A DNA stretch of 64,000 bases from an uncultured Verrucomicrobiae bacterium (GTDB lineage Bacteria > Verrucomicrobiota > Verrucomicrobiia > Chthoniobacterales > UBA10450). Of the stretch, positions 32,197 to 42,503 are shown piece after piece. Position 1 is the stretch's first letter; the number at the start of each line of letters is the position of its first letter. The notes beneath the pieces are model-generated. The model worked only from the letters and a program-made list of their open reading frames with translations. It searched no databases and was not told the DNA's origin. The DNA is taken from contig CAVTMK010000002.1 of assembly GCA_963735805.1 (NCBI GenBank), forward strand, positions 1,120,001-1,184,000, in the 5' to 3' direction. Position numbers and translations under genes: made by a program.

Positions 32197-32270
32197 TCGG
32201 GCCGCCGGGATTTGAACCCGGGACCTCTTGAACCCCATTCAAGCGCACTACCAAGCTGTGCTACGGCCCG
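32197..32270 (-). tRNA. tRNA-Pro(GGG)
   Basis: Reverse complement CGGGCCGTAGCACAGCTTGGTAGTGCGCTTGAATGGGGTTCAAGAGGTCCCGGGTTCAAATCCCGGCGGCCCGA; anticodon GGG. Confidence 0.96.
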
Positions 32271-32327
32271 CCAAAGCGAATATTGTTTGCCACTTCTTGG
32301 TCCGAGGCAAACTTTTCGACCATTGCG

Positions 32328-32777
32328 ATGAGAACGTTTATTTTAAAACATTTGTGTTTCCTCGCAGTGTTGAGTTTTCTTTGTGCGATCAGCGATGTTC
32401 TCGCTCAACCGCACGGAACCATCAAATTAAACAAAAATGCTCTCGCGTTTGCCACGCAACTCATCAAAAAGGGACGTGTCATCGCGGACAGGAAAGGCGC
32501 GTGGAGCGAGCATCGCCCCTCTGCAGAGCTCGAGAACGAGTTTATTCGGCAGCATGGCTTCGGTGAATATGCAAAGTGGTATCTCGGCATTGACGAACGA
32601 TTTCCCGAGAACACGAAACGAAGGTACAAATTTCCGTATGGCGATTTCAGAAATGTTCATCGCTGTGGGGTGCTAGCTGTCCAAAACAGAGCCGGCGAGT
32701 ACAAATACGCCGAGATCGAAAATGCAGCGGCCGAAATCAGGACAATCATCGACGTAACTCGGAACGCGACGCGTTGA
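32328..32777 (+). CDS. Secreted hypothetical protein
   Basis: Signal peptide; globular domain with WSEHRPS and RYKFPYGDF. Confidence 0.7.
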   Translation: MRTFILKHLCFLAVLSFLCAISDVLAQPHGTIKLNKNALAFATQLIKKGRVIADRKGAWSEHRPSAELENEFIRQHGFGEYAKWYLGIDERFPENTKRRYKFPYGDFRNVHRCGVLAVQNRAGEYKYAEIENAAAEIRTIIDVTRNATR

Positions 32778-32801
32778 AGTGCGTGACTTGGTGATATGCT
32801 G

Positions 32802-33662
32802 TTATTTTGACCCCCAAGCGGTCAAAAACGCATCGATCAGTTCCGGCAGTTCGTCGCTGTAGCCGCCTTCCAAGGCCGTCGCGACAGGGATGTCGAGTTG
32901 GCGCAGCCATTCGCCGAACGTGGAAAAATCCTCATGTTCCAGGGTCATCTGCACCAGTGGATCGCGCGCGTAGGCGTCGAAGCCTGCGGAGACAAGGAGC
33001 AGATCGGGGTTGAATTCGACTAATTTGTCCAGTGCCCGCTTTGCCACCTCGACATGATGATTTCGCGGCGTTCCAGGGCCGAGTGGATAATTCGTTACAT
33101 TCGCAAAAGAACTTGTGCCCGTTCCGGGGTAACCGGGAAATTGATGGATGGATGCAAAGGCAATCCGCGAGTTGTTTGCAACGATTACCTCGGTCCCGTT
33201 ACCATGATGCGCGTCAAAATCCCAAATCGCAACGCGCTTGCCGGAATTTTCCAGGAACTCAAGAGCGGCGATGGCGATGTTGTTGAAGTAACAAAATCCC
33301 ATCGCCCGGTCTCGCCCCGCATGATGTCCGGGCGGCCGCATGAGACTAAACGCGCGCTCACCGCCGATCGCTGCATGCGCTGCTCCAAGCGCCGCGCCCG
33401 CTGAACGCAAAGCATGTTCGTAAATCTTTGGGTAAACAGGCGTGTCCGCGTCAAAGTCACGCGTCGCGATTCGGATCCTGTCCACGTGATCGCGGGTATG
33501 CGCCCGCAACACAGCCGGTTCGCTGGCAGGTTCGGGAATGCGCCATTCCCAATCGGGATGTCGCTTCTTCAGGAACGGAACGCTGCGTGCGATTCTGGCC
33601 GGCCGCTCAGGATGTCCGGGCGCTGAATACTCCAGGCAAGATGCGTCGGAAAAAATAATCAT
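32802..33662 (-). CDS. Histone deacetylase-family amidohydrolase
   Basis: HPERPAR, RPPGHHA, GFCYFNN, DFDAHHGNGT, SAGFD and LEGGY motifs. Confidence 0.93.
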   Translation of the reverse strand: MIIFSDASCLEYSAPGHPERPARIARSVPFLKKRHPDWEWRIPEPASEPAVLRAHTRDHVDRIRIATRDFDADTPVYPKIYEHALRSAGAALGAAHAAIGGERAFSLMRPPGHHAGRDRAMGFCYFNNIAIAALEFLENSGKRVAIWDFDAHHGNGTEVIVANNSRIAFASIHQFPGYPGTGTSSFANVTNYPLGPGTPRNHHVEVAKRALDKLVEFNPDLLLVSAGFDAYARDPLVQMTLEHEDFSTFGEWLRQLDIPVATALEGGYSDELPELIDAFLTAWGSK

Positions 33663-33705
33663 GGTGTTTGCAAGGTGACGGTTCATCGGATATTCGGCTA
33701 CGACG

Positions 33706-34443
33706 ATGCTTAACAGCCAGAAAATTGTGGTGGTCATGCCTGCTTACAATGCGGCCCGCACTTTGCAACGCACCTACGATGAAGTGATGGCGCAGGGGAT
33801 TGTCGATCTTGTCATCGTCGTGGACGATGCCAGCAACGATGACACAGTAGCGATCGCAAGGACGCTCGAGCGGGTGCAGGTTGAAGTTCATTCGGAAAAT
33901 CGGGGCTATGGCGCAAACCAGAAGACTTGTTATCGCCTCGCCCTGGCCGCGGACGGAGACATTATCGTCATGATTCATCCAGACTATCAGTACACGCCGA
34001 GGTTAATCCCCGCGATGGCGGCTTTGGTTGCGAGCGGACTTTATCCCTGCGTGCTTGGTTCACGCATTCTTGGTGGAGGCGCGCTGCGTGGCGGTATGCC
34101 TTTATGGAAATACATCTCGAACCGTTTCCTGACGCTTGCGGAAAATGCACTGATCGGCGCGAAGCTTTCGGAATATCATACTGGTTATCGCGCTTTTTCG
34201 CGCCAATTACTGGAGCGCCTGCCATTAGAACGAAATTCTGACGATTTCGTTTTTGATAATCAGGTTTTAGCACAAATCATCGCGCTCGGCTGCGCGATCG
34301 GCGAAGTGACGTGTCCTGCCCGCTACTTGCCTGAAGCGTCCTCGATCAATTTTCGCAGGAGCGTGCGCTATGGCTTTGGCTGTCTGGCGACCGCTCTGCG
34401 TTTCCGGCTGGCGCGCTGGAAGCTCGCGCCGCCGATTGTTTAA
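33706..34443 (+). CDS. GT2 glycosyltransferase (DPM1-like)
   Basis: VVMPAYN, VDDAS, NRGYG, HPDYQY and GYRAF motifs. Confidence 0.92.
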   Translation: MLNSQKIVVVMPAYNAARTLQRTYDEVMAQGIVDLVIVVDDASNDDTVAIARTLERVQVEVHSENRGYGANQKTCYRLALAADGDIIVMIHPDYQYTPRLIPAMAALVASGLYPCVLGSRILGGGALRGGMPLWKYISNRFLTLAENALIGAKLSEYHTGYRAFSRQLLERLPLERNSDDFVFDNQVLAQIIALGCAIGEVTCPARYLPEASSINFRRSVRYGFGCLATALRFRLARWKLAPPIV

Positions 34444-34474
34444 TTCGACGCAAGACAATAACCTGTTTCCCCAA

Positions 34475-35305
34475 TCAATAACGCGCTCGAACCAGGTATA
34501 ATCCTTCAGCGGGAGCTGCAAAACGAGCTGAGGCCACCTGTCCGGCGTTCAGCCGCTCAGCGACATCCTGGATGTGCATTTTGCCAAGCGCGCAATCTGC
34601 GAGAGACCCCACGATTAATCGCACCATCTTGTAGAGAAAACCGTCGCCATCGAATTCGATTGTCACGCACGGACCTTTTTGCCGGACCCGCACCGAATGA
34701 ATTGTGCGGACGGTACTTTCTTCCTTTTTCCCTCGATTAGCCGCGAATCCGGCAAAATCATGAGTGCCAACAAAATGTTTGGCTGCTCGCTTCAAGTTTT
34801 TGAGATCGATCGGACGCCGGATATGCCAGATCCGACCATGTTCCAATGGCGGCAGGACAGCGGCTAACCAGATTCTGTAACGATAGATTTTTCCTTTTGC
34901 CGAAAGCCGCGCGTGAAAGTTAGTCGACACGTAGCTGCACCGAATTACGCGGATGGTCGGCGGCAGTAATGCGTTGAGCGCTTTGGTCCAACGTGTATCT
35001 GACAAACGATTGGGTAGATCCACATGAGCGCACTGCGCAAGCGCATGGACGCCGGCGTCTGTTCGTCCGGCACCGTGAACGCGCACGCGTTTGCCGAGGA
35101 CACGTTCAAACACGTCCTCCAAATTGTCCTGGACCGTGTTGCGATGAGCTTGGCTCTGCCAGCCGGCGAACGGCGTGCCGTCGTACGCGATGATGAGTTT
35201 CAGACGCCGTATTTGGCAGGGCCGCTGTGCTGAAATGCCAGTCCGGTTCGGACCGTCCGGTCGGCGCAGAGCGCGGACCTTACGTTTCCCGATCTTGCTT
35301 GCCAT
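34475..35305 (-). CDS. truA: tRNA pseudouridine(38-40) synthase
   Basis: AYDGTPFAGWQ, GAGRTDAGVHA and FLYKMVR motifs. Confidence 0.96.
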   Translation of the reverse strand: MASKIGKRKVRALRRPDGPNRTGISAQRPCQIRRLKLIIAYDGTPFAGWQSQAHRNTVQDNLEDVFERVLGKRVRVHGAGRTDAGVHALAQCAHVDLPNRLSDTRWTKALNALLPPTIRVIRCSYVSTNFHARLSAKGKIYRYRIWLAAVLPPLEHGRIWHIRRPIDLKNLKRAAKHFVGTHDFAGFAANRGKKEESTVRTIHSVRVRQKGPCVTIEFDGDGFLYKMVRLIVGSLADCALGKMHIQDVAERLNAGQVASARFAAPAEGLYLVRARY

Positions 35306-35735
35306 GCGCTGCGTGCTGTCGCCGGTCAAGATAGCTCTGCAAAATCATTTGGGCCGCTACTTGATCGACATAACCCCGGGTCTGTCGCGTTTTCTTGCCA
35401 GCGTCACGCAATGCACGGTGAGCGGCGACGGTGGTTAAGCGCTCGTCCCATGTAACGACCGGGCAGGACAAAACAGGGCGCAATTTTTCTACAAACCGAA
35501 GGACTTCGGTCGCGGCCGCTCCGATTTGGCCATTCATCTGGCGCGGAATACCGATTACGACATGGTCGATTTGTTTTTCGCGCACGATTTCCGCTATCCG
35601 CGATGGTGCTGCTTCGTTTGCCGGAATTGTTTCCAGCGGATGCGCCAGCAACTGTAACTCGTCGGATATCGCCGCTCCGATGCGTGCCCGGCCAAAATCG
35701 AGAGCCAAAATCGGATTTATCGCGGTTCCGCTCAT
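35280..35735 (-). CDS. ruvX: Pre-16S rRNA nuclease YqgF/RuvX
   Basis: LALDFGRARIG, WDERLTT and VDQVAAQMILQSYLD motifs. Confidence 0.94.
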   Translation of the reverse strand: MSGTAINPILALDFGRARIGAAISDELQLLAHPLETIPANEAAPSRIAEIVREKQIDHVVIGIPRQMNGQIGAAATEVLRFVEKLRPVLSCPVVTWDERLTTVAAHRALRDAGKKTRQTRGYVDQVAAQMILQSYLDRRQHAAHGKQDRET

Positions 35736-36805
35736 TGTAGCTCGGGCGGAAGCTTGCCAATCAGGTTTTTGATCTTTTCTGCTTCGTGCCGGTGACAGAC
35801 CAAGAGCGCGTCTTTTGTGTGCACAACAATGAGATCATGAACTCCAAGTAGCGCGATGGTTGTGCCGTTCTCCTCGAAAACGATGTTGTTGCTGGAATCG
35901 ACCGCCGTAATGGCGCAGTTCGCGGCGTTACCATGCTTGTCTTTGTCGAAATAATTCGCCATCGCTCTCCAGCTTCCGATATCGTTCCAGTCGAAACCGG
36001 CCTCTACGACCAGGACCCGGTCTGCCTTTTCCATGATCGCATAATCGAAGGAAATCCGAGGGAGTTCGCTGAAGCGTTCGCGCAAGGCCTTGTCGAAATT
36101 CTTCGGCGCGCGCAGTTGTGAAATGAAGTCTGCCAGCTCTGGAGCCTGGCGGTTGAATTCGCGGAGCACTGTGGGCACCGACCAGACGAACATGCCTGCG
36201 TTCCACCTGAAATTTCCCTTTCGCAAAAACGATTCGGCGAGATCGAGATTGGGTTTTTCTCGAAAGCGCACGACCCGATGGATCGCATCGTTGTCCGGGC
36301 GTTTCCGCAATCGGACCGGCTTGCCTTGCTCGATATAACCATATCCGGGACAGGCCCAGGTCGGTTTGATCCCGATGGTTACAAGCTCGCCTGTCTCTTC
36401 GGCCGCGTCGGCAGCGAGGGCCAGCGTTTCCTGAAAAGCCGCGCGGTTCGAAATGACGTGATCAGCTGGCACAACGAGCATCGTGGCTGCGTGATCGCGA
36501 GCCACAACCCAGCCGGTTCCAAGCGCGACCGCGGCGGCAGTGTCGCGTTTAGCCGGTTCAGCAATGATGTTTTCCTTTGGAAAACGACCGAGCAATTTGC
36601 GGACCGCGGTTTCCTGTTCCGTGTTTGTTAGGATCAAAATGCGTTCGGATGGAACGAGGCCTTCGAGGCGAGTCAACGTTTCTTCGAGCAGAGTCTTGTC
36701 GGAAACAAGTCGCAGCAGTTGCTTGGGCCGCACACGCCTGCTCAATGGCCAAAAGCGTTCGCCGCTACCGCCAGCGAGGATAAGCGCGTATATCGGATTG
36801 GGCAT
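35732..36805 (-). CDS. manC: Mannose-1-phosphate guanylyltransferase
   Basis: ILAGGSGERFWPLSR..PKQ, FREKP, WNAGMF, SFDYAIME and WNDIGSW. Confidence 0.9.
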   Translation of the reverse strand: MPNPIYALILAGGSGERFWPLSRRVRPKQLLRLVSDKTLLEETLTRLEGLVPSERILILTNTEQETAVRKLLGRFPKENIIAEPAKRDTAAAVALGTGWVVARDHAATMLVVPADHVISNRAAFQETLALAADAAEETGELVTIGIKPTWACPGYGYIEQGKPVRLRKRPDNDAIHRVVRFREKPNLDLAESFLRKGNFRWNAGMFVWSVPTVLREFNRQAPELADFISQLRAPKNFDKALRERFSELPRISFDYAIMEKADRVLVVEAGFDWNDIGSWRAMANYFDKDKHGNAANCAITAVDSSNNIVFEENGTTIALLGVHDLIVVHTKDALLVCHRHEAEKIKNLIGKLPPELQ

Positions 36806-36903
36806 GTTCGATGGAGAATGGGAGGCCGCTTCGGGTTGCGAAAATTGCCGTTTCTTTTTCCCAAACGCGACGTATATGGTAGGCGATGTCTTTCCCGATA
36901 TCC

Positions 36904-37188
36904 ATGTCAAAAACGGCCGAGCAACTTCCAGTCGATCCCTTGCTCGCCGTTACAAGGACTGCCATTGGGCTCGGCATTGGCATCTTGATGGCCGACAAAA
37001 TCAAGCCCTCGATCCGTCAGGCGGCGGCGATTGCGCTTGTTGCCATTGGCGCGTTAGCGGCCGCGCCGTGGTTAGTGAAGATTACACTGGGTCAGATCAA
37101 TCGGCCGGAATCAGAGTGGGGAAGTCGCGCCCGTCTGCGGTCCATCCGTGGCGATTCCGGTTATACCACCGATACGGATATCTATTGA
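36904..37188 (+). CDS. Small membrane hypothetical protein
   Basis: Two hydrophobic segments; fills the gap after the divergent manC. Confidence 0.6.
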   Translation: MSKTAEQLPVDPLLAVTRTAIGLGIGILMADKIKPSIRQAAAIALVAIGALAAAPWLVKITLGQINRPESEWGSRARLRSIRGDSGYTTDTDIY

Positions 37189-37192
37189 TCTC

Positions 37193-37255
37193 CGTAGAGG
37201 CAGTCCTGCTGACTGCGACGCTTAAGATCATGCCGGCGACAAGTCTGCCCCTACA
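37193..37255. repeat. GTAG...CTAC REP-like palindromic element
   Basis: cgtagaggcag...ctgcccctaca inverted termini between convergent genes. Confidence 0.55.
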
Positions 37256-37340
37256 GTCGATTGTCGGACGAGTGTTTTGGCTGTCGTAGAGGACGCTTAA
37301 GAAGGCTTACGTGTGCGCGAAGCACACCCCGATCGCCGCG

Positions 37341-38909
37341 TCACCGATCATTCAAGACCACTTGCGACGCAGCATTGGCTGTTTCGATCCGATCAGTCAC
37401 TTTCTGGATTTTCGCGTCTTGCTCTTTTAGACGAGCGACGAGAGTGTCCAGGTCCTTCTTCAATTGAGTGATAGTCGCGTCTTGTTTCTGAATCCTGCAA
37501 TCTTGGTCTTCTACCCTGGCGTGTTCTTTAAGGAATTCGTTGAGCAACATTGCGTTTACTGCGTCGTAACGCACAGTGTAAATCTCCCCCTTCTCGTCGC
37601 ACACCACCAGGTCGGGATTTACTTCGGCGACTTCTTCGGCGATCAAACCAAACTGGGATGTGCCGGTCTTATCGCTCTTGTAGCGAAAGGTCACGGGCCT
37701 TAACGCCAGGATTGATTCGCTGGCGCTTTCCATCGCAGTGATCTTGTGTTTGAATCGGCGTGAGGAATTCATTGTGCCTAGCTGACCGTTGGAGTCGATT
37801 AGCACGTTAACGGCATTCGCAACTCCGGTTGTCGCCCCGCGAATCCCAGCGATAAAGGTTTGCGTCTGGGTTCCCTGAAGGCCAATACGAATCGTCTCGG
37901 TATCGGCACTGGCACCGCCGTTACCAATGTGGATATTGTTATTGCCGGCGAGAACAGCGGTGCCGGCGGACGAGCCTAACGCGATATTGCCGGAACCGGT
38001 GGTGTTTGAGAGGGCGTTAGCTCCAATGCCAGTGTTGCTGTTGCCAATTGTGCTGGTTTCGAGTGCTCCGAAGCCGACTCCAGTATTGTTGCTGCCGGTT
38101 GAATTGCTATGCAGGGCTTGAAAGCCATCGGCCGTGTTATTGTTAGCGCCGGTATTGCTAAACAGCGCTTGCCAACCCGTCGCGGTATTGCGGTCACCGT
38201 TGGTGTTGGAAGACAGAGCTTGATAACCATTGGCTGTGTTGTTGCTTCCTGTGTTGTTATTGTGCAGCGCAGAAGAACCAATCGCGGTGTTTTGGGTTCC
38301 GGTCGTGTTATCAAAAAGTGCGACAGCACCGATCGCTGTGTTGTCGTCAGCGGTTGTGTTTTGCGAGAGAGCGGAAATACCGACCGCTGTGTTGGTATTA
38401 CCGGTGGTATTTTCCGTAAGTGTGCCAGCACCAGTGGCCGTGTTCGAATTGCCGCTGATATTGTTAAAGAGCGCTCGGTCGCCAATGGCCGTGTTGAAGC
38501 TGGCAATAAAGACTCCACTTGGCGTGCTGGAGTTCTCTAAGCCTCCTCCGTTGTTAAAGAGAGCAAACGCTCCATTAGCCGTGTTTGCAGTTCCGGTAAG
38601 GTTGCCGAAGAGTGCCCCCGCACCGGTAGCCGTATTTTCATCTGCGGTTATATTCACAAAGAGCGCCCCGGCGCCAATGGCAGTGTTGAAGTTTCCTTCG
38701 GTGAGGCTCAGAAGCGAATACAAACCAACTGCCGTATTGTAAGTACCACTGGTGAGACTAAAGAGAGCGGATGTGCCCTCCGCAGTGTTGCCTCCCGGGT
38801 AGCCGCCGTCCGGCGGCGGATTGACTCCCTGTGCGATTGGTAAAAGCGCGAAGCAGCCGACGGTTAAGAGAGCGAGAAATCGAGGAATTGGTAAACTTTG
38901 TGTTTTCAT
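37341..38909 (-). CDS. Secreted repeat protein with C-terminal peptidase S74/intramolecular chaperone domain
   Basis: PPPDGGYPGGNTAEG, many 14-aa NTAxGxxALxxNxxG repeats, SSRRFK...FGLIAEEV and a terminal coiled coil. Confidence 0.85.
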   Translation of the reverse strand: MKTQSLPIPRFLALLTVGCFALLPIAQGVNPPPDGGYPGGNTAEGTSALFSLTSGTYNTAVGLYSLLSLTEGNFNTAIGAGALFVNITADENTATGAGALFGNLTGTANTANGAFALFNNGGGLENSSTPSGVFIASFNTAIGDRALFNNISGNSNTATGAGTLTENTTGNTNTAVGISALSQNTTADDNTAIGAVALFDNTTGTQNTAIGSSALHNNNTGSNNTANGYQALSSNTNGDRNTATGWQALFSNTGANNNTADGFQALHSNSTGSNNTGVGFGALETSTIGNSNTGIGANALSNTTGSGNIALGSSAGTAVLAGNNNIHIGNGGASADTETIRIGLQGTQTQTFIAGIRGATTGVANAVNVLIDSNGQLGTMNSSRRFKHKITAMESASESILALRPVTFRYKSDKTGTSQFGLIAEEVAEVNPDLVVCDEKGEIYTVRYDAVNAMLLNEFLKEHARVEDQDCRIQKQDATITQLKKDLDTLVARLKEQDAKIQKVTDRIETANAASQVVLNDR

Positions 38910-39004
38910 AGGACACAAAGTTTCGAAACAACGCCGCCAGCTTGTCGAGATCAAAATGCCGGCGCTCCAACTCTAGCCAGGGATCGGTAATCCTGATCAG
39001 GGAA

Positions 39005-40102
39005 CTACAGAAGTGCTTCTGCAACGGAATCAGCCAGACTTCTGCCTTTTCGGCTGAGCAGGAAGTTACCGTTCGATTTTAGAAGCAATCCTAGCGAAAG
39101 AAGCTCATTTGTTTCTTGTCCAAAATCTTTCAATTCTGAAGCAGCCACTCCGTCGCGCGTACGTAACGAAAGCGCGATTCGCTCCGAGCGTTTCATTTCG
39201 TTCGTCAGGCTTTCACTGAATCCCTTCGGCGACTTACCCGAAAGGACGCGATCGGCATAAGCGCGGTAGTCACAGACATTCTGCCAGCGCTGCATACCGA
39301 CAGTCGAAAACGCGCTTGGGCCCAGGCCGAGATAATCTTTGCCTAGCCAATAGGCGCGGTTGTGAACTGACGCAAAACCAGGACGCGAATAGTTGGAAAT
39401 TTCGTAATGTTCGTAGCCGGCGTCTTCGAGAAAGGACATAGCCATCTCGAAAAACCCGGCATCTGCGTCGGTGTCCTGCAGAAGTTCACCGCGCGCGTGT
39501 CGCAGAAAAAACTCGGTGTCCTCCTCGTACGTTAGACAGTAGGCAGAGATGTGCTCGGGTTGAAGACGGATAGTTTTCTCCAATGTAGCTTTCCATTGCT
39601 CAATAGTCTGCCCTGGCAACCCGAACATCAGATCGACGCTGACGTTCGAAATCCCGGCAGTTCGCAGAACATGGAACGATTGTTCGGCTTGCAATGAGTT
39701 GTGTTCCCGCCCCAGGGCTTTTAGTAAATCATTATCCCAGGACTGAACGCCGAGACTAACTCGGGTTACTCCGAGTTTGTGAAGAAGCGCAGCCTTGCGC
39801 GCCGACACGCTCCCGGGATTCGCCTCAATCGTCCATTCTGCAAGCGACGAAAGATCGAGCCGCTCGTGAAAACCTCCGAGGAGAAATTCCAATTGAGAAG
39901 TTGTAAGAGCCGTGGGCGTGCCGCCACCGAAGTAGATGGTCTCAGGCGATAGCGCAGAATTTGTGCGTTGCTGATCGAGATCTCGTAATATCGCTTCGCA
40001 AAATCGCGACGTCTGTGACCGATCGAGCAAATCCTTGTAGAACGCGCAATACGGACAGATACGGGCGCAAAAGGGGATGTGAACGTAAATGTGGCGAATC
40101 AT
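39005..40102 (-). CDS. hemW: Radical SAM heme chaperone HemW
   Basis: YVHIPFCARICPYCAF, YFGGGTP, EANP, HYEISN and HNRAYW. Confidence 0.9.
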   Translation of the reverse strand: MIRHIYVHIPFCARICPYCAFYKDLLDRSQTSRFCEAILRDLDQQRTNSALSPETIYFGGGTPTALTTSQLEFLLGGFHERLDLSSLAEWTIEANPGSVSARKAALLHKLGVTRVSLGVQSWDNDLLKALGREHNSLQAEQSFHVLRTAGISNVSVDLMFGLPGQTIEQWKATLEKTIRLQPEHISAYCLTYEEDTEFFLRHARGELLQDTDADAGFFEMAMSFLEDAGYEHYEISNYSRPGFASVHNRAYWLGKDYLGLGPSAFSTVGMQRWQNVCDYRAYADRVLSGKSPKGFSESLTNEMKRSERIALSLRTRDGVAASELKDFGQETNELLSLGLLLKSNGNFLLSRKGRSLADSVAEALL

Positions 40103-40116
40103 ATTATTTTTTTAAG

Positions 40117-40224
40117 GTCATTCCGAGCGGAAGCGAGCAGCCTCTAGCGGTAGGTTGGATCACGCTTCTTATCAACGTGTCCCACGCTTGTAAGGTGAAG
40201 TCCCTCACTCCCCTCAGGATGACC
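40117..40224. repeat. GTCATTCCGAGC...GGATGAC palindromic (MITE/REP-like) element
   Basis: Inverted termini ggtcattccgag / ctcaggatgacc; a related half (gtcatcccgag) occurs at about 8628. Confidence 0.55.
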
Positions 40225-40241
40225 ACTACAGCGTCAGAGTT

Positions 40242-41336
40242 GTGATTCGCGGAGTTATTCATAGAATCGCTTGGCCTTTGCTCGACATGACAGAACTCCG
40301 GAACGTAGTCCTCATTTTGTTTTGCGCCATTGCCTCAGGGCTGGCGCAAACGCCGCAGCCCGCGCCGACGCCTTCGATTGTATATTCTGTGCACGATTCT
40401 GCCGCGATCAAAGATTACAAAACAAACCCGCGGATTGTGCGTGAGATGGTGAATCGCCTTGTCCTCGCCGCGACCGGTCAGTCTGACGTAGGAAAGGCGT
40501 GGGCATCGCTGGTCTCTCCCAATGACAAGGTGGGAATCAAGATCTCCGCCGCAGGTGGCGAACTTTTCACAACGCACCACGAGATCGTGAATGCGATTGT
40601 CGATGGGCTCGCCGCCGCGGGACATCCACGTGGCAACATTATTGTTTGGGACCGTTCTCTTGGCGGGATCAAGGAAGCCGGCTACCGGCCGGCGGGTGAT
40701 GGTTACCAGCTAAAGGCAATTGCGCCCCGGGACGGATATGATCCGAAAGCAGTTCTCTCTGCTCCTTTAATAGGCAAGCTAGTTTGGGGTGATCTCGAAT
40801 ATTTCGGTGACATGGGAAAGATGCCGATGCTCTCCGATACCGAGAACACCAGCAACGTGAGTCATTTCTCCAAGATTATTTCCACCGAAGTAAACAAGAT
40901 CATTAACGTTCCGGTGATGAGTATCAGCGAAACAAATGGAATCGCAGGGTGCATTTATAACATGACGATTCCAAACATCGATAATTGGCGTCGCTTTGCC
41001 CAGGGCTCCCGTTTTGGAGCGGAAAGTCTCGCGGAAATTTATTCGAACCCGCTCATTGCAAAGAAAGTTGTCTTCAATTTGATGGATGGCTTGATCGCGC
41101 AATATGCCGGTGGCCCACAGCCTCAACCGAACTACGCGATTCATCATGCCACGCTTTATGCGAGCAAGGATCCAGTCGCTTTGGATGCGATCACGCTGAA
41201 GTTTTTCGAACAATGGCGCAAACGCGCCAGCCTGCCTCCGATCGGCCCGATGACTGCCTATGTGGATTATGCGAGCCAGATAGGCCTGGGTAACTCATCG
41301 TCGAATCGTATCGAGGTCAAAAATATCGGGAGATGA
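40242..41336 (+). CDS. DUF362-like exported protein
   Basis: DKVGIKI, IIVWDR, KIINVPV, MDGL..QYAGGP and SKDPVALD. Confidence 0.7.
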   Translation: MIRGVIHRIAWPLLDMTELRNVVLILFCAIASGLAQTPQPAPTPSIVYSVHDSAAIKDYKTNPRIVREMVNRLVLAATGQSDVGKAWASLVSPNDKVGIKISAAGGELFTTHHEIVNAIVDGLAAAGHPRGNIIVWDRSLGGIKEAGYRPAGDGYQLKAIAPRDGYDPKAVLSAPLIGKLVWGDLEYFGDMGKMPMLSDTENTSNVSHFSKIISTEVNKIINVPVMSISETNGIAGCIYNMTIPNIDNWRRFAQGSRFGAESLAEIYSNPLIAKKVVFNLMDGLIAQYAGGPQPQPNYAIHHATLYASKDPVALDAITLKFFEQWRKRASLPPIGPMTAYVDYASQIGLGNSSSNRIEVKNIGR

Positions 41337-42364
41337 ATCCTGATACTGTAGCCGGGGGCGAGGCCTTCGGCCATCGATCGCGGTTGCAGACATCCCTCCT
41401 GCGTTCAGTCTCTCGTTCGTTTTACCTTTCAATACGGCTGTTGCCGGCAAAATTGCGCGAACCGGTTGCGCTCGCATATCTGCTCGCGCGGACAACAGAC
41501 ACCGTTTCCGACACAAGTCGTATTCCCGGCAATGTGCGAATGGAAACTTTGAAAATACTCTCGGCTGGGATCCAGGGCAAAGCTTCGCGAGAAGTGGTTA
41601 TCAATCAGGTAGTCTCGTTCGTCCCGCTACAAGAGAACGCAGCAGAGCGAACGCTCCTCGACTCGTTGCCCGATTGCTTAAAATGGCTCGAACAAATCGA
41701 GGCAGCAGATCGCGAAGACATCCGCGCGTTGCTGGAGAAAATCACGCACGGCCAGATGCTTGATCTTCATCGCTTCGATAATCCGGCAGAAGTGCGCGCT
41801 TTCCAGACAGCTGCCGATCTGGACGAATACACCTATCTGGTTGCGGGCTGTGTAGGCGAATTTTGGACGCGTCTTTGCTTCAGACATCTCCGAGATTTTG
41901 CCACCTTGATCCCTGATGAGATGTTTGCCCTTGGCCGGCGTTACGGAATGGCACTTCAATTGATTAACGTCCTGCGCGACGCCGGGACTGATTTGCGAGC
42001 TGGCCGGTGTTATTTTCCAGAGGACGAACTGAGCGCGATCGGTCTGAGTCCGGCGCAGGTTTTGTCGGAAGCAGATCATTTCCAACCGATCTACCAAAGA
42101 TGGATGGAAAAAGCGCAGGATGGTCTGGAAACCGGAATGCGATACGCGCAAGCGATCCGGAATCGCCGAGTGCGTGCTGCAACGGTTTTACCGGCATTAA
42201 TCGGGGCGCGCACGCTTGTCCTTCTGCATAATGCTGGCCACAACGCGGTGGGTCACAGCGTCAAAGTTCCACGCCATGAAGTGCGCGCGATGATTTTGTC
42301 GTTGGCCATTCATCTCGCATCGCGCAAGCAGATTAATACGATATTCAGTCAGGCGAAAATGTAA
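41333..42364 (+). CDS. Squalene/phytoene synthase family protein
   Basis: VSRSFYLSI, YLLARTTDT, DEYTYLVAGCVG and LQLINVLRD...D...GRCY. Confidence 0.9.
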   Translation: MNPDTVAGGEAFGHRSRLQTSLLRSVSRSFYLSIRLLPAKLREPVALAYLLARTTDTVSDTSRIPGNVRMETLKILSAGIQGKASREVVINQVVSFVPLQENAAERTLLDSLPDCLKWLEQIEAADREDIRALLEKITHGQMLDLHRFDNPAEVRAFQTAADLDEYTYLVAGCVGEFWTRLCFRHLRDFATLIPDEMFALGRRYGMALQLINVLRDAGTDLRAGRCYFPEDELSAIGLSPAQVLSEADHFQPIYQRWMEKAQDGLETGMRYAQAIRNRRVRAATVLPALIGARTLVLLHNAGHNAVGHSVKVPRHEVRAMILSLAIHLASRKQINTIFSQAKM

Positions 42365-42394
42365 CGGCAGACGTGCAGACAGCACACGCAAGGG

Positions 42395-42467
42395 TTGTAG
42401 CCATGGCGCTATGCCGCCGTGTGCCGCCACTGCCTTGCGCGCCTCGACGCAGCGAGGCGACTACAGC
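42395..42467. repeat. GTAG...CTAC REP-like palindrome
   Basis: ttgtagccat...ggcgactacag between convergent genes. Confidence 0.5.
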
Positions 42468-42503
42468 TAAATCGGCGTGCACCTATCAAGCGCCGCTACT
42501 GAA

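Noticed and set aside
32128..32238. N-terminal extension of YchF in the ORF track
   Set aside because: Runs through tRNA-Pro; conserved sequence starts at MLSAG.
37341..38909. S74-domain protein as a prophage tail fibre
   Set aside because: It has a signal peptide, housekeeping neighbours and no other phage genes.
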